From positions 384,001 to 448,000 of the forward strand of contig CAVYIM010000005.1 of the NCBI GenBank assembly GCA_963768655.1: 64,000 nt of DNA, written 5' to 3'. Position 1 is the first letter of the stretch. Every line of letters starts with the position of its first letter. Both the position numbers and the translations under genes were made by a program. The notes under the pieces are model-generated. The model was not told the origin of the DNA, made no database searches, and was given only the letters and a program-made list of their open reading frames with translations. This DNA is from an uncultured Chloroflexia bacterium (lineage in GTDB: Bacteria; Chloroflexota; Limnocylindria; Limnocylindrales; CSP1-4). Below, in pieces: positions 32,991-44,530 of the stretch.

Positions 32991-33159
32991 GTCCTGACTT
33001 ACTTCCCTTTCTCGCACGAATGCCGGCCGACCTCGGCCGACACACGAACGAACAGGTTATCAAAGATTGACGCGCCCGGCAACCACAAGGCGGAGCTTGC
33101 CGCCCTGGCCGGGAGCAGTCCGGCGGCGCAGGGCGCGCCGTCGACTTCGTCGATGCCAT

Positions 33160-33912
33160 TCATACGGTCGTCAGGATCTCGGGGCCGTGGTCGGTCACGG
33201 CGATCGTGTGCTCGAAATGGGCGGCCAGCGAATGATCCGTGGTCACCACGGTCCATCCGTCGGCCAGCGTCTCTACGTCCGCGCTGCCCAGGGTGAGCAT
33301 CGGCTCGATGGCCATGCAGACTCCGGGCGCCAACTCGATGCCACGGTTGCCGGTCCGGTAGTTCGGAATCTGCAGATCCTCGTGCATCCGGGTTCCGATG
33401 CCATGGCCGACGTACGGCCGGACGATCCCGCACTTGCCTTCCAGGGCCACATCCTCGACGGCGCCCGAGACGTCCTCGATGTGATGGCCGGGGACGGCGG
33501 CCGCGATGCCGGCCATCAAGGCCAGCCGCGTCGTCCGGATGAGCCGATCGACGTCCTTCGGCGGCGTACCGACGTAGAAGGTCCGGGCGCCGTCGCCGTG
33601 GTACCCCTGCCAGATCGCGCCGGCATCGATCGAGACGACCTGGCCCTCCGTGATGACCCGCTTGCCGGGTATCCCGTGAACCACTTCGGAGTCGATCGAG
33701 ACGCAGATGCAGGCCGGGAAGCCGCGATAGCCCTTGAACGAGGGCCGGGCCCCGGCCTTGCGGATGTAGCTCTCGGCAACGGCATCGAGGTCGGCCGTGG
33801 TCACCCCCGGCTTGAGCGCCTCTTCGACAGCGGCGAGGACCTCGGCCACGATGCGTCCGGCGCGGCGCATCAGAGCGATCTCCTCGCGTGATCTGCGGAC
33901 AACCGTCGCCAT
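33160..33912 (-). CDS. map: Methionine aminopeptidase type I
   Basis: VVHGIPG, DAG...GDGART, GHGIG, AIEPM, AHFEHT. Confidence 0.97.
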   Translation of the reverse strand: MATVVRRSREEIALMRRAGRIVAEVLAAVEEALKPGVTTADLDAVAESYIRKAGARPSFKGYRGFPACICVSIDSEVVHGIPGKRVITEGQVVSIDAGAIWQGYHGDGARTFYVGTPPKDVDRLIRTTRLALMAGIAAAVPGHHIEDVSGAVEDVALEGKCGIVRPYVGHGIGTRMHEDLQIPNYRTGNRGIELAPGVCMAIEPMLTLGSADVETLADGWTVVTTDHSLAAHFEHTIAVTDHGPEILTTV

Positions 33913-33919
33913 CTCGATG

Positions 33920-34591
33920 TCAGCTCCGCCGGCCGGTCGCGGCGGCGATGGCCTCCAGGAGGCCGTCCGTAACGCGGTCTATCGGCTGGCTGCCATCGAC
34001 CGTCACCAGAACACCATGGCTGCGGTAGTGCCCGACGACCTGGTCCAGGGCGCCGAGCTGCTGGCGCAGGCGAGCCTGCACCGTCGCCGGCTGGTCATCG
34101 GTTCGCTGGTAGAGCTCGGACCCATCGATGTCGCAGATGCCGGGGACGAGCGGCTTCTTGGTTTGCTCATGGTAGGGATGACCCTGCGCGCGGCAGATCC
34201 AGCGGCCGCCGAGGCGGGCGACGAGATCGGCCTCCGGGACCTCGACATACGGCGCGACGTCCACCTTGCCTCCCCGCCCGGCGAGAGCCCGGTCGAGCAC
34301 CTCCGCCTGGGCGGTGTTGCGCGGAAAGCCGTCGAGCAGGATGCCCTTCGCGGCGTCCGGCCTGGCCAGTCGCTCGAAGAGCATGTCGATGGTCACCGAA
34401 TCGGGCACGAGCTCGCCCCGGTCCATGTACCCCTTGGCGGTCAGGCCAAGCGGCGTGCCGTCGCGGACGGCGGCCCGGAACAGGTCACCGGTGGCGACGT
34501 GTGCCAGGCCGAGCCGCTCGGCGAGGATCTGGGCCTGTGTCCCCTTCCCGGCGCCGGGTGCGCCGAGCAGGACGACGACGTTCCCGATCAA
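33920..34591 (-). CDS. adk: Adenylate kinase
   Basis: GAPGAGKGTQ, TGDLFR, LDGFPR, LID domain. Confidence 0.98.
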   Translation of the reverse strand: MIGNVVVLLGAPGAGKGTQAQILAERLGLAHVATGDLFRAAVRDGTPLGLTAKGYMDRGELVPDSVTIDMLFERLARPDAAKGILLDGFPRNTAQAEVLDRALAGRGGKVDVAPYVEVPEADLVARLGGRWICRAQGHPYHEQTKKPLVPGICDIDGSELYQRTDDQPATVQARLRQQLGALDQVVGHYRSHGVLVTVDGSQPIDRVTDGLLEAIAAATGRRS

Positions 34592-35904
34592 CGAATGAAC
34601 CCTTCGTAGCTGCGCATCATCAGCTGCGCTTCCAGCTGCTTCATCGTCTCGACCACGACGCTGACGACAATCAGGACGCTCGTGCCGCCGAGACCGACGC
34701 CGACCGTGCTGAGGTTGCTGAACATCGGCAGCGCGGCGAGGACCATCGGCAGGACGGCGATCAGGGCGATGAAGGTGGCGCCTGCCAGCGTGATCCGGAA
34801 GGCCACGCGACGGAGGTAGTCCTCGGTCGGCTGGCCCGGCCGGATCCCCGGTATGAAGCCACCCGACTTACGTAAGTTGTTGGCCGTCTCATCGGGTTTG
34901 AACACGATGAAGGTGTAGAAGAAGCCGAACGCGAGGGTGAGCAGGAAGTACAAGCTCAGGTACAACGGGCCGGTCGTGTTGAGCCAGGAGAGGATCCCGG
35001 TCGACACCTGAGACACGATGGCCACGCTCGAGCCCTTGAAGTAGGTCGCGATCTGGAGCGGGAAGAGCAGGATGCTGATGGCGAAGATGATCGGGATGAC
35101 GCCCGACATGTTCACCCTGAGTGGCAGGAACGTGGAACCGCCTTGGTATATCCGGTGACCACGGACCCGGTTGGCGTACTGGATTGGGATGCGGCGCTGG
35201 CCTTCCTGGACGAAGATGATGGTGAAGATGATCAGGATGCCGACCATTCCGAAGATCACCAGCTCGAGCCAGTCCGGGTTGCTCAGGAAGCCCTCGATCG
35301 TGGCCGGGATGCGGGACACGATACCGGCGAAGATGATGAAGCTGATGCCGTTACCGATCCCCTTCTCGGTGATCAGCTCGCCCAACCACATCAACACGAT
35401 GGAGCCGGTGGTCAGGGCGATGATCTGCGTCCACGACTCGTATGTCTCGAAGCTGAACGGCGTGTTGTAGGCCACGATCGGTGGGGACTGGTTGGCAAGA
35501 TCGCCCTGGAGGAACGCGAGGATGCCGTAGGCCTGGAGAGCCGCCAGCGGCACCGACAACCAGCGCGAGTAGCTTGTGATCTTGTTCCGGCCGTACTCGC
35601 CCTCGCGGGACAGAGCTTGAAGCGACGGGATCGTCGTCTGCAGGATCTGCATGATGATCGTGGCGTTGATGTACGGATTCAGGCCCAGGCCCACGATCGA
35701 CATTCTGCGGATGTCGCCGCCCGAGAAGAGCGACAGCAGTCCGAAGATGCTGCTGTCGGTGTTCGCGGCATTCAATGACGCCGGGTTGATGCCCGGAATG
35801 AGGACGTGCGCCAGGGCCCGATACACGATCAGGATGAACGCGACGAAGAGCAGCCTCCGGCGGATGTCCGGCGCGCGGAAAGCGTTCAGCATCGACTCGA
35901 GCAT
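34588..35904 (-). CDS. secY: Preprotein translocase SecY
   Basis: LGLNPYINATII, GIGNGIS, GVIPIIFA, IPGIRPG, GGTSVLI. Confidence 0.98.
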   Translation of the reverse strand: MLESMLNAFRAPDIRRRLLFVAFILIVYRALAHVLIPGINPASLNAANTDSSIFGLLSLFSGGDIRRMSIVGLGLNPYINATIIMQILQTTIPSLQALSREGEYGRNKITSYSRWLSVPLAALQAYGILAFLQGDLANQSPPIVAYNTPFSFETYESWTQIIALTTGSIVLMWLGELITEKGIGNGISFIIFAGIVSRIPATIEGFLSNPDWLELVIFGMVGILIIFTIIFVQEGQRRIPIQYANRVRGHRIYQGGSTFLPLRVNMSGVIPIIFAISILLFPLQIATYFKGSSVAIVSQVSTGILSWLNTTGPLYLSLYFLLTLAFGFFYTFIVFKPDETANNLRKSGGFIPGIRPGQPTEDYLRRVAFRITLAGATFIALIAVLPMVLAALPMFSNLSTVGVGLGGTSVLIVVSVVVETMKQLEAQLMMRSYEGFIR

Positions 35905-35907
35905 GGC

Positions 35908-36663
35908 TCAGGCGCCCTTCTCTGAATCTGAGCCGGACGGCTCGTCCTGGGCCGCGCCCGATTCGCCGGCGGCGGCGGAGCCGCTGGCCTTGTCGGCCTT
36001 CTCCCCCTCGTCGGCTTTCTCGGCCCTGGCCGCCTTGCCGGCGCCGGCACGGCGGGAGGGGACAGTGGCGGCGGCCGGAGCGGCGGGCTCAGTCGCGTCA
36101 TCCGGCTCGGCCTCGCTCGGGAACTCGAGCACGTGGGCCGTCCCACCGGCCGCTTCGATCTTCGCCGTGGCGCTCTTGCTGAACGCGTCGGCGACGACGA
36201 AGAGGGGCCGGGTCACGTCACCGTGGCCGAGGATCTTGAGCGGCCTGTCGAGCGATCGGACCAGCCCGACAGCCGCGAGGATGTCGGGCGTGATGGTCAC
36301 CGGCGCAGCGCCGGCCCTGGCCGGGGCCTTGCCGGCCCTGGCCGGGGCCTTGGCAGTGTCGGCAGCGGCCGCGAGCTCGGGCGCGTCGAGGATGCCCGTC
36401 TCGGCCAGGTCGTTGATGCGGCCGACGTTGACGATCTCGTACTCGACGCGGAACGGGTTCCGGAAGCCGCGCAGCTTGGGGACGCGGATGTGGATCGGGG
36501 TCTGTCCACCCTCGAACCACGGCTGGATCGTCCCGCCCGTGCGGGCCTTCTGACCCTTCGTGCCACGGCCGGCGGTCTTGCCCTTGCCCGCGGCGATGCC
36601 CCGGCCGACGCGCGTGCGTGGCTTGCGGGAGCCTTCGGCGGGGCGCAGGTCGTGCAGCTTCAT
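35908..36663 (-). CDS. rplO: 50S ribosomal protein L15 (long form, 251 aa)
   Basis: [38 protein letters not shown]; low-complexity insert and tail. Confidence 0.96.
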   Translation of the reverse strand: MKLHDLRPAEGSRKPRTRVGRGIAAGKGKTAGRGTKGQKARTGGTIQPWFEGGQTPIHIRVPKLRGFRNPFRVEYEIVNVGRINDLAETGILDAPELAAAADTAKAPARAGKAPARAGAAPVTITPDILAAVGLVRSLDRPLKILGHGDVTRPLFVVADAFSKSATAKIEAAGGTAHVLEFPSEAEPDDATEPAAPAAATVPSRRAGAGKAARAEKADEGEKADKASGSAAAGESGAAQDEPSGSDSEKGA

Positions 36664-36857
36664 CGCTTCTCCTCGGGCAGTTCCTCGACCTCGACGAGGA
36701 AACGGACCTGCCGCACCATGCCGCGCGTGGCCTCGTTGTCGGGCACTTCGACGGTGTCGCCGATGCCCCGGAGACCCAGCGCCCTGATCGTGCCGCGGTT
36801 GCGGGCTATGTGGCTGATGGTGCTCTTGGTCTGGGTGACGCGCAGCTTACCGGCCAT
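36660..36857 (-). CDS. rpmD: 50S ribosomal protein L30
   Basis: [19 protein letters not shown]. Confidence 0.96.
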   Translation of the reverse strand: MAGKLRVTQTKSTISHIARNRGTIRALGLRGIGDTVEVPDNEATRGMVRQVRFLVEVEELPEEKR

Positions 36858-37380
36858 TGGCCACCTCCGCGGCTGGCTGACCGGCGACGCTGCTGTGAAC
36901 CCGGACGCCGCGGCGCGCGCTTATCTCCTCAGCCGAGTGAAGGCTCTTGAGCGCCTCCATGGTCGCCCGGGTGACGTTCACCGGGTTGGTCGAGCCGAAC
37001 ACCTTGGCCAGGATGTCGCGGATGCCGGCCGACTCGACGACGGCGCGAACGGCGCCGCCGGCAATGACGCCGGTGCCCTGCGAGGCCGGCTTCAGCATGA
37101 TCCTCGAGGCCCCGAAGTCCATGCGGACCTCGTGCGGGATCGTCGTCCCGACCATGGGGATGCGGATGATGTTCTTCTTCGCGTCCTCGACGCCCTTGCG
37201 GATGGACTCGGGCACCTCGCCGGCCTTGCCGAGGCCGACGCCGACGTGACCCGCGCCGTCTCCGACGACGACGATCGCGCTGAAGCTGAAGCGGCGGCCG
37301 CCCTTGACGACCTTCGCAACGCGGTTGATCTGGACGACGCGCTCTTCGAGCGTCAGCTTGTTGGGATCGATCCTGGCCAA
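36847..37380 (-). CDS. rpsE: 30S ribosomal protein S5
   Basis: [24 protein letters not shown]. Confidence 0.98.
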   Translation of the reverse strand: MARIDPNKLTLEERVVQINRVAKVVKGGRRFSFSAIVVVGDGAGHVGVGLGKAGEVPESIRKGVEDAKKNIIRIPMVGTTIPHEVRMDFGASRIMLKPASQGTGVIAGGAVRAVVESAGIRDILAKVFGSTNPVNVTRATMEALKSLHSAEEISARRGVRVHSSVAGQPAAEVANGR

Positions 37381-37398
37381 CTGATCAGCTCCTTCGCG

Positions 37399-37761
37399 TC
37401 AGAACTCGAGGCCGGCTTCGCGGGCGGCGTCGGCCAGCGACTTGATCCGTCCGTGATACCTGAACCCGGCTCGGTCGAATACGACCTGTTCGATGCCGGC
37501 GCTCCGGGCGCGCTCTGCGATCAGGCGGCCGACCGTCTTGGCCTCATCGGTCTTCTTCTGGCCGGCGGCCCTGAGCTCCTTCTCGAGGCTCGAGGCGGCG
37601 GCCAGCGTGTGACCGGTCGTGTCGTCGATCACCTGGGCATAGATATGGTTGAGGCTGCGGAAAACGGTCAGGCGCGGGCGCTCGGGCGAACCCGAGAGGC
37701 GAAGCCTGATCCGCTCGTGCCGCTTCTGCCGCGCGGCCCCGCGGCTGGCGACCTGCGTCAT
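37399..37761 (-). CDS. rplR: 50S ribosomal protein L18
   Basis: [26 protein letters not shown]; ATG 37761. Confidence 0.97.
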   Translation of the reverse strand: MTQVASRGAARQKRHERIRLRLSGSPERPRLTVFRSLNHIYAQVIDDTTGHTLAAASSLEKELRAAGQKKTDEAKTVGRLIAERARSAGIEQVVFDRAGFRYHGRIKSLADAAREAGLEF

Positions 37762-37792
37762 CGTGCTGACCCCTTCACTCGCCGCTGAAGCG

Positions 37793-37880
37793 GCCGATCG
37801 CTGTGTTGCCGGCTGTGCTCCTCGCTCACAGGCGTTTGAAGCCTGCTCGCTCCGGTGCGCGCCGGCGCCTTGCGCTCGGC
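37793..37880 (-). repeat. Structured intergenic element (rplF-rplR spacer)
   Basis: Reverse complement GCAAGGCG CCGGC...GGAGCGAG CAGGC-ttcaaac-GCCTG TGAGCGAGG...GCCGG CAACACAGC. Confidence 0.8.
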
Positions 37881-37912
37881 TCGCCTGAGCGGCGAGCCAA
37901 TGACTGGCTGGC

Positions 37913-38464
37913 TCACTTCTTGCCGCCGATCTTGCCGGCCTTGCCGGCCTTGCGGCGGATCTGCTCGCCAAGGTAGTGGACGCCCTTGCCCTTGTATGGC
38001 TCGGGCTTGCGGGTGGCTCGGATCGTGGCCGCCACCTGGCCGACGAGCTCCTTGTCGATGCCGACCACCGCGAGGCGGACCGGGTTCTCGACCTCGAAGA
38101 CGATACCTGCCGGCGGCTCGATCTCGATCGGATGGCTGTAGCCGAGGTTCAGCTGCAGCTTGTCTCCGACCTTCGCCGCGCGATAGCCCACGCCCGTGAT
38201 CTCGAGCGGTTTGCGGTAGCCGTCCGTCACGCCGGTCACCATGTTGTTGACGAGCGTTCGAGTCAGGCCGTGGAGTTGCTTGTGGTGCTTGGCTTCGCTG
38301 GGTCGCTCCACGACGATAGTCGAGCCTTCCATCGTGACGCGCATGTCCGGATGGAGAGAGCGATGAAGCGAGCCCTTCGGGCCCTTGACGGTGATGTCCC
38401 GACCGACGATCGAAACATCGACACTCGGCGGAACCTGGATCGGCAGGCGACCAATGCGCGACAT
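37913..38464 (-). CDS. rplF: 50S ribosomal protein L6
   Basis: [28 protein letters not shown]; ATG 38464. Confidence 0.98.
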   Translation of the reverse strand: MSRIGRLPIQVPPSVDVSIVGRDITVKGPKGSLHRSLHPDMRVTMEGSTIVVERPSEAKHHKQLHGLTRTLVNNMVTGVTDGYRKPLEITGVGYRAAKVGDKLQLNLGYSHPIEIEPPAGIVFEVENPVRLAVVGIDKELVGQVAATIRATRKPEPYKGKGVHYLGEQIRRKAGKAGKIGGKK

Positions 38465-38471
38465 CGCCGGC

Positions 38472-38870
38472 CTACCAGACGTACGCCAGGACTTCACCAC
38501 CGAGCTGGGCCTTGTGGGCCTGCGAGCCGGTCATGATGCCCTGACTGGTGCTGACGATTACGAGGCCGAGTCCCCCGAGCACCCTGGGGATCTCGGTCTT
38601 GCGCGCATACACGCGCAATCCGGGCTTGCTGATGCGCTTGAGCCCCGACACAACCGGAGCCTTGCCATCGACGTACTTGAGCGTGACGCGCAGCACCTGG
38701 CGGGCACCCTCGTGCTCTTCGCGGACGTCGGCGATGAAGCCCTCCTCCAAGAGGATTCGGGCGATTTCCCGCTTTGTCCGCGAGGCCGGGACGACCACGT
38801 CCGCGTGCCGCGCCCGCGACGCGTTGCGGATGCGAGTCAGCATGTCCGCAATCGGATCGGAGACGTTCAT
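38472..38870 (-). CDS. rpsH: 30S ribosomal protein S8
   Basis: [35 protein letters not shown]. Confidence 0.98.
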   Translation of the reverse strand: MNVSDPIADMLTRIRNASRARHADVVVPASRTKREIARILLEEGFIADVREEHEGARQVLRVTLKYVDGKAPVVSGLKRISKPGLRVYARKTEIPRVLGGLGLVIVSTSQGIMTGSQAHKAQLGGEVLAYVW

Positions 38871-38877
38871 CGGTTAC

Positions 38878-39063
38878 CTACCAGCTCGACTTGGTGACGC
38901 CGGGCAGCTCGCCCAGCAGCGCCCGTTCGCGGAAACAGATGCGGCACAAACCAAAGCGCCGCATATATGCGCGGGGGCGGCCGCAGACGAAGCAGCGGTG
39001 ATAGGCCTGAACCTTGTGCCGCGCCGGTCGCTTGGCCTTGGCGATCATCGACTTCTTGGCCAT
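38878..39063 (-). CDS. rpsN: 30S ribosomal protein S14 type Z
   Basis: 61 aa; RCFVCGRPR...CRICFRE. Confidence 0.97.
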   Translation of the reverse strand: MAKKSMIAKAKRPARHKVQAYHRCFVCGRPRAYMRRFGLCRICFRERALLGELPGVTKSSW

Positions 39064-39082
39064 TGCTTCTCCCTCCCCGCGC

Positions 39083-39625
39083 CTAGCCGGCGAAGGGCAT
39101 GCCGAGGAGTTCGAGCAAACGCTTCGATTCCTCGTCGGTCTTCGCCGTCGTCACGATGCTGATCTCCAGCCCGCGGAGACGGTCCACCTTGTCGTAGTCG
39201 ATCTCCGGGAACGCGAGTTGCTCCCGAAGCCCCAGTGAGTAGTTGCCGCGCCCGTCGAACGACTTGGCCGGCACGCCGTGGAAGTCGCGGATGCGGGGCA
39301 GCGCGATGCGGGTCAGCCTCTCGAGGAAGTCCCACATCCGATCGCCACGCAAAGTCACACGCGCGCCGATCGTGTTGCCGGTGCGAAGCCGGAACTGCGC
39401 GATCGAGCGCTTCGCCTTGGTAGTCACCGGATGCTGACCGGTGATCGCGGCAAGGTCGCCAACGGCGGCATCGACCGCTTTGGGGTTCTGCAGAGCCTCG
39501 CCCAGACCGATGTTGACGACGATCTTGGACAGGCGCGGGACCTGCATCGGATTGGTGTAGTTGAACTGCTTCTGCAGCGCCGGGACGGCCTCGTCCGCGT
39601 AGCGCTTGCGAAGGCTGCCGCTCAC
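39083..39625 (-). CDS. rplE: 50S ribosomal protein L5
   Basis: [29 protein letters not shown]; GTG 39625. Confidence 0.98.
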   Translation of the reverse strand: MSGSLRKRYADEAVPALQKQFNYTNPMQVPRLSKIVVNIGLGEALQNPKAVDAAVGDLAAITGQHPVTTKAKRSIAQFRLRTGNTIGARVTLRGDRMWDFLERLTRIALPRIRDFHGVPAKSFDGRGNYSLGLREQLAFPEIDYDKVDRLRGLEISIVTTAKTDEESKRLLELLGMPFAG

Positions 39626-40053
39626 GCGCCCACCTCCAGCTGCTCGTTGCAGTGCCCGCACACGCGAGCGCTCTTGCCTGTGCTCAGGCGCTGGTGCTTG
39701 ACGCGCGTGACCCGTTCGCAACGCGGACAGATGATCATCACGTTGCTGGCGTCGATCGGCATCGGCTTGTCGACGATGCCGCCCTGCTGCATCTGCGGTG
39801 CTCGATCGTTCTGCATCTTCTGATGCGGCTTGGTGTGGCGCTTGGCGATATTGATGCCCGAGATGACGACCGACAGAGGACGGGTCGCGGTCCTCCTCCA
39901 GCCTGCCCTCGTCGGGCGCTCGCCGGACGGATTTCGGAGAACCCGCTCGACCTTGCCGCGCTTGCCGGCGTCTTTGCCGTGCAGTACGACGACGGTGTCG
40001 CCGGCTCGAATCTCAGGCACCTTGTTGGCGGGTGCGTTCTTTTCTGGCGCCAT
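39622..40053 (-). CDS. rplX: 50S ribosomal protein L24
   Basis: [19 protein letters not shown] motif, PIDASNV, CxxC pairs. Confidence 0.96.
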   Translation of the reverse strand: MAPEKNAPANKVPEIRAGDTVVVLHGKDAGKRGKVERVLRNPSGERPTRAGWRRTATRPLSVVISGINIAKRHTKPHQKMQNDRAPQMQQGGIVDKPMPIDASNVMIICPRCERVTRVKHQRLSTGKSARVCGHCNEQLEVGA

Positions 40054-40421
40054 CAGAGCACCTCCGGCGCGAGCGAGACGATCTTCATGTAGTTGCGGTC
40101 CCGCAACTCGCGGGCGACCGGGCCGAAGATGCGCGTGCCGCGCGGGTTGCCCTGGTTGTTGATGAGGACTGCGGCGTTCTCGTCGAAGCGGATGTAGCTG
40201 CCGTCCGGCCGGCCGTATTCCTTGGCTGTCCGAACGATCACGGCACGGACGACGTCACCCTTCTTGACCGGGGCATTCGGGATCGCCTGCTTGACGCTGG
40301 CGATGATCACGTCGCCGACGCCTGCGGTCGTCTTGCGCGAGCGGCCCATGATCCGAATGCACTGGATGGTGCGGGCGCCGGTGTTGTCGGCCACCCGCAA
40401 CCTGGTGTACTGCTGGATCAT
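40053..40421 (-). CDS. rplN: 50S ribosomal protein L14
   Basis: [29 protein letters not shown]. Confidence 0.98.
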   Translation of the reverse strand: MIQQYTRLRVADNTGARTIQCIRIMGRSRKTTAGVGDVIIASVKQAIPNAPVKKGDVVRAVIVRTAKEYGRPDGSYIRFDENAAVLINNQGNPRGTRIFGPVARELRDRNYMKIVSLAPEVL

Positions 40422-40789
40422 CGGGTGGCCTCGCGTTCAGCCGCGTGCCTGCCCGGGTGAGCGGCGCCGTGGATCGCCTCGTCGATCGCCTCGTCTTCGA
40501 CCACCGGCTCGGGCGTAGCGCCCTCTCCGGCTCGCGCGACGATGCTGACGAGGCGCCACCGCTTGGTGGCTGACAGCGGCCGCGACTCTTCGATCAAGAC
40601 CGTGTCGCCGACGCGGGCTTCGTTGTCCTCGTCGTGCGCCTTGAATTTGGTTGTCAAGCGGATGACCCGCTTGTACAGGGGATGCCGCGTCATGCGCTCG
40701 ACGGAGACGACGATCGTCTTGTCCATCTTGTCGCTGACGACACGGCCGACCTTGGTCTTCCGCTTGCCCTGCACTGCTGCTCCTGCCAT
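40418..40789 (-). CDS. rpsQ: 30S ribosomal protein S17
   Basis: [30 protein letters not shown]. Confidence 0.97.
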   Translation of the reverse strand: MAGAAVQGKRKTKVGRVVSDKMDKTIVVSVERMTRHPLYKRVIRLTTKFKAHDEDNEARVGDTVLIEESRPLSATKRWRLVSIVARAGEGATPEPVVEDEAIDEAIHGAAHPGRHAAEREATR

Positions 40790-40800
40790 CGCGTGATCTC

Positions 40801-41013
40801 CTACGCCGTCTGCGTCCGGGAGCGCTCGTCGCGGCGCTCGCGCTGCACGGTGAGGATCCGCGCGATCGTTCGTCTGGTTTGGGGTATCGAGCTGTAGTCC
40901 TTCAGCTGGCGGGTCGTGAGCGCGAAGCGCGCCTGCCAGAGATCCTGCTTGGCCTGGCGCAGCTGCTCCTCGAGCTCCCCGTCAGAGAAGCCGCGAACCT
41001 TCTCAATGTCCAT
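40801..41013 (-). CDS. rpmC: 50S ribosomal protein L29
   Basis: RRTIARILT; position in the S10 operon. Confidence 0.93.
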   Translation of the reverse strand: MDIEKVRGFSDGELEEQLRQAKQDLWQARFALTTRQLKDYSSIPQTRRTIARILTVQRERRDERSRTQTA

Positions 41014-41428
41014 CTGCGAGGCCTTCCTTGAGGATGAACCGGGTGGCGACCGGGAGCTTGTGGCTGGCGAGACGCATGGCCTCGACTGCCTCGGTCTGGT
41101 CGACGCCGGCCATCTCGAAGAGGATCCGGCCGGGCTTGACCACGGCTACCCAGTGGTCGGGGGCGCCCTTGCCGGAACCCATGCGGGTTTCAGCCGGCTT
41201 CTTGGTCGCCGGCTTGTCGGGGAAGACGCGGATCCAGATCTTGCCGCCGCGCTTGACCGAGCGGGTCATGGCGCGTCGTGCGGCTTCGATCTGGCGGCTG
41301 GTGATCCAGGCCGGCTCGAGAGTGGCCAGACCGAACTCGCCGAACGCGACGCTGGTGCCACCCTTGGCGATCCCGGACATCCGGCCGCGCTGGACCTTGC
41401 GGTGCTTGACGCGCTTGGGCATCAACAT
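41003..41428 (-). CDS. rplP: 50S ribosomal protein L16
   Basis: [25 protein letters not shown]; ATG 41428. Confidence 0.98.
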   Translation of the reverse strand: MLMPKRVKHRKVQRGRMSGIAKGGTSVAFGEFGLATLEPAWITSRQIEAARRAMTRSVKRGGKIWIRVFPDKPATKKPAETRMGSGKGAPDHWVAVVKPGRILFEMAGVDQTEAVEAMRLASHKLPVATRFILKEGLADGH

Positions 41429-41430
41429 GG

Positions 41431-42111
41431 CTACACCCCCTGCCCGACGGTGGCCGGGGCCAGGACGGGCTCGCGGCGAGGCTTCTCGGGAGCGACCTCG
41501 CCTCGATAGATCCAGACCTTGACGCCGATCCGACCGTAGGTCGTGAGGGCGTGGACCTGGGCGTAGCTGATGTCGGCGCGAAGCGTGCCGAGCGGGATTC
41601 GGCCTTCCTTGTCCCACTCGCGACGAGCCATCTCGGAGCCGCCGAGGCGACCCGCGACGGCGATCTTCACGCCCTTGGCGCCGGCCTTCATCGTCCGCTG
41701 CACAGCCTGCTTCATGGCCTTCTTGAAGGCGATGCGGCGGGCCAGCTGCTGGCTGATGTTGGTCGCGACGAGGTAGGCGTCGAGCTCCGGCTGGCGGATC
41801 TCCTTGACCTCGAGCTTGACCTTGCGCTTCGTCAGAGCGCCGACCTGCTGACGAAGCAGCTCGACGTTGGTGCCGCCCTTGCCGATCACGATGCCCGGCT
41901 TGGCGGTGTGGATCGTGACCGTGACGTGGTTGATGCCACGCTCGATCTCGACTCCGCTGACGCTCGCGTTGGCGAGTCGCTTGGTCACGAGCAGCCGGAT
42001 CGCGATGTCCTCCTTGAGGAGATCGGTGTAATCCTTGTCCGCGTACCACTTCGCCGTCCAGGTGCGGGAGACACCCAGCCGGAAGCCGTACGGGTGAACC
42101 TTGTGACCCAT
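41431..42111 (-). CDS. rpsC: 30S ribosomal protein S3
   Basis: [34 protein letters not shown]. Confidence 0.98.
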   Translation of the reverse strand: MGHKVHPYGFRLGVSRTWTAKWYADKDYTDLLKEDIAIRLLVTKRLANASVSGVEIERGINHVTVTIHTAKPGIVIGKGGTNVELLRQQVGALTKRKVKLEVKEIRQPELDAYLVATNISQQLARRIAFKKAMKQAVQRTMKAGAKGVKIAVAGRLGGSEMARREWDKEGRIPLGTLRADISYAQVHALTTYGRIGVKVWIYRGEVAPEKPRREPVLAPATVGQGV

Positions 42112-42453
42112 CTAGGCCTCCCGGTCTTCGACGACGATGGTGATGTGGGTCATGGGCTTGTGGATCGGGAACGCCCGACCCTGGGCCCGGGGCTGCCAGC
42201 GCTTGAGAACGCCGGGCCCCATGTTTGCCTGGGCATCGGCCACGACCAGATCCTCCGCGGACAGGTTGTGGTTGTTCTCCGCGTTGGCGGTCGCGCTCTT
42301 CAGGACGATGGCGACGTCACGTGCCGCCGCCTGCGGCATGAACTGCAGCAGGGCGGTGGCCTCCTCGACGCGCTTGCCCTTGATCGCCTCGGTGACGAGG
42401 CGGGCCTTTCGCGTGGAGCCCTTGAGGTATCTGGCTGTGGCGGAAACGCGCAC
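42112..42453 (-). CDS. rplV: 50S ribosomal protein L22
   Basis: [28 protein letters not shown]. Confidence 0.98.
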   Translation of the reverse strand: MRVSATARYLKGSTRKARLVTEAIKGKRVEEATALLQFMPQAAARDVAIVLKSATANAENNHNLSAEDLVVADAQANMGPGVLKRWQPRAQGRAFPIHKPMTHITIVVEDREA

Positions 42454-42463
42454 GTCCGGGCTC

Positions 42464-42748
42464 CTATTTGAGGGCGGTCGACCGCTCGGTGTGTTTCCCG
42501 TGCCCGCGGAAGGTGCGGGTCGGTGAGAACTCGCCGAGGCGGTGGCCGACCATGTTCTCGGTCACATAGACCGGGATGTGTTTCTTACCGTTGTAGACGG
42601 CGACCGTGTGCCCGATGAAATCGGGGAATATGACCGACGCGCGAGACCAGGTCTTGACGACCTTCTTCTCGCTCTTCTTGTTCATCGTCTGGACGCGGCC
42701 GAGGAGCCGCGACTCGACGAACGGTCCCTTCTTGACCGAACGCGACAT
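42464..42748 (-). CDS. rpsS: 30S ribosomal protein S19
   Basis: [27 protein letters not shown]. Confidence 0.98.
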   Translation of the reverse strand: MSRSVKKGPFVESRLLGRVQTMNKKSEKKVVKTWSRASVIFPDFIGHTVAVYNGKKHIPVYVTENMVGHRLGEFSPTRTFRGHGKHTERSTALK

Positions 42749-42766
42749 GCCTCTCTCTCCTCTGCC

Positions 42767-43600
42767 CTATGCCTTGCCGTGCCGCGAGCGGATGATCAGC
42801 CGGCTCGAGGACTTCTTGCCAAGGCGCGTCCGATAACCCATCGCGGGCTTGCCCCACGGCGTCTTGGGCGGCATGCCCGTGGGCGACTTGCCTTCGCCGC
42901 CACCGTGCGGATGATCCCGTGGGTTCATGACGACGCCGCGAACTTCGGGCCGCAGGCCCATGTGCCGTGCCCGTCCGGCCTTACCCAGGTTCTGGTTCTC
43001 GTGGTCCAGGTTGGACACCTGTCCAACGGTGGCCATGCACTTCAGGCTGACGCGCCGGACCTCGCCGGAGGGAAGCCGCACCGCGGCGAAGTCGCCCTCT
43101 TTGGCGAGAAGCTGAGCCGCTACGCCCGCGGAGCGGACGATCTGGCCGCCCTTGCCCGGAACCAGCTCGATGTTGTGGATCGTGGTGCCGAGGGGGATGT
43201 TCGACAGCGGCAGCGCGTTGCCGACGCGCGCCTCAGCCTCGGGCCCGGCGACGACCACATCCCCGACCTTGAGGCCGTGCGGCAGTAGCATGTAGCGCTT
43301 CTCGCCGTCCTTGTAGTGGAGCAGGCCGATGCGAGCGGACCGGTTCGGGTCGTACTCGACGGTGGCCAGCCTGGCCGGCACGCCGACCTTGTCGCGCTTG
43401 AAGTCGATGATGCGGTAGTGCTGCTTCTCGCCGCCGCCGCGATGGCGAACGGAGAGCTTGCCCTGGTTGTTGCGGCCCGAGCCACGCTTCTGCGACTCGA
43501 GCAGCGGCTTGTAAGGTTCCCTGGTCGTGACCTCTTCGAACGTGGACCGGGTCATGCCCCGAAGGCCCGCCGAAGTCGGCTTGTAGCTGCGTAGCGGCAT
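42767..43600 (-). CDS. rplB: 50S ribosomal protein L2
   Basis: [27 protein letters not shown]. Confidence 0.98.
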   Translation of the reverse strand: MPLRSYKPTSAGLRGMTRSTFEEVTTREPYKPLLESQKRGSGRNNQGKLSVRHRGGGEKQHYRIIDFKRDKVGVPARLATVEYDPNRSARIGLLHYKDGEKRYMLLPHGLKVGDVVVAGPEAEARVGNALPLSNIPLGTTIHNIELVPGKGGQIVRSAGVAAQLLAKEGDFAAVRLPSGEVRRVSLKCMATVGQVSNLDHENQNLGKAGRARHMGLRPEVRGVVMNPRDHPHGGGEGKSPTGMPPKTPWGKPAMGYRTRLGKKSSSRLIIRSRHGKA

Positions 43601-43602
43601 CT

Positions 43603-43905
43603 CTAGACAGCCTCGAAGATTTCGATCTTCTGGCCGGGGGCCAGAGTCACGATCGCTTTGCGCCAGGGGGTCGTTCGGCCGCCGACGCGGCTGCGCCGCA
43701 TCCCACCGCGCTTCTCCTTGGTCTTGGTGGTCAGGACGTTCACGCCCAGCACCTCGACCTTGAAGAGCTCCTCGACCGCCGCGGCGATCTGGACTTTGTT
43801 GGCGTCGTCGTGGACCGCGAACGTGTACTTGCCACGCTGCGCCTCGTCCATCGACTTCTCGCTGATGACGGGATGGATGACGATGTCGTGCGCTGTGAGG
43901 CTCAC
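43603..43905 (-). CDS. rplW: 50S ribosomal protein L23
   Basis: [26 protein letters not shown]; GTG 43905. Confidence 0.97.
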   Translation of the reverse strand: MSLTAHDIVIHPVISEKSMDEAQRGKYTFAVHDDANKVQIAAAVEELFKVEVLGVNVLTTKTKEKRGGMRRSRVGGRTTPWRKAIVTLAPGQKIEIFEAV

Positions 43906-44528
43906 GCGTACACCTCTTCCATCTTGCTGAGGGCGGGCTGCTCGATGAGGACAGTGTCCGCGTTGAGCAGAGCCACGACGTTGAGCGAGTCGGCCCGAAT
44001 GACCTCGACCCGCGGCAGGTTCCGCGCGGACAGGATCAGGGTCTCGTCCGTGCCCGGAGCCACGATCAGGACGCGACCGTCGGCGCGCCCGAGGGCGGCC
44101 AGGACGTCGACCAGGTCGCGGGTCCGGGGCCCCTCCAGACCTATCCCGTCGACGATCCGGATGGCATCGTCGTCGAGCTTGGCCGTCAGGGCGCCGCACA
44201 GGGCGAGGCGCTTCATCTGGCGCGGCAAACGCTGGACATAAGAGCGCGGGTGCGGTCCGAAGACCACGCCGCCGCCGGTGTAGTTCGGGGAGCGAGTGGA
44301 GCCCTGGCGCGCCCGGCCGGTGCCCTTCTGGCGGTACGGCTTCTTGCCGCCGCCGGCGACCTCGCCGCGCTTCTTCGTGTCGTGCGTACCGAGATGGCGG
44401 CCGGCCAGCTGGGCGGTCACCACCTGGTGGAGGACGGCCACGTTGACCGGCGCGGAGAAGAGCTCCTCGGGGAGCTCCACCTCGCCGATCGCCTCGCCCG
44501 TCCTCGCGTAGAGGGTCGTCTTCGGCAT
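43902..44528 (-). CDS. rplD: 50S ribosomal protein L4
   Basis: [29 protein letters not shown]. Confidence 0.98.
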   Translation of the reverse strand: MPKTTLYARTGEAIGEVELPEELFSAPVNVAVLHQVVTAQLAGRHLGTHDTKKRGEVAGGGKKPYRQKGTGRARQGSTRSPNYTGGGVVFGPHPRSYVQRLPRQMKRLALCGALTAKLDDDAIRIVDGIGLEGPRTRDLVDVLAALGRADGRVLIVAPGTDETLILSARNLPRVEVIRADSLNVVALLNADTVLIEQPALSKMEEVYA

Positions 44529-44530
44529 CG

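Noticed and set aside
37762-37971. N-terminal extension of L18 (190 aa ORF)
   Set aside because: It runs through the structured repeat element and the rplF end; ATG 37761 has an RBS-like GAAGGGG.
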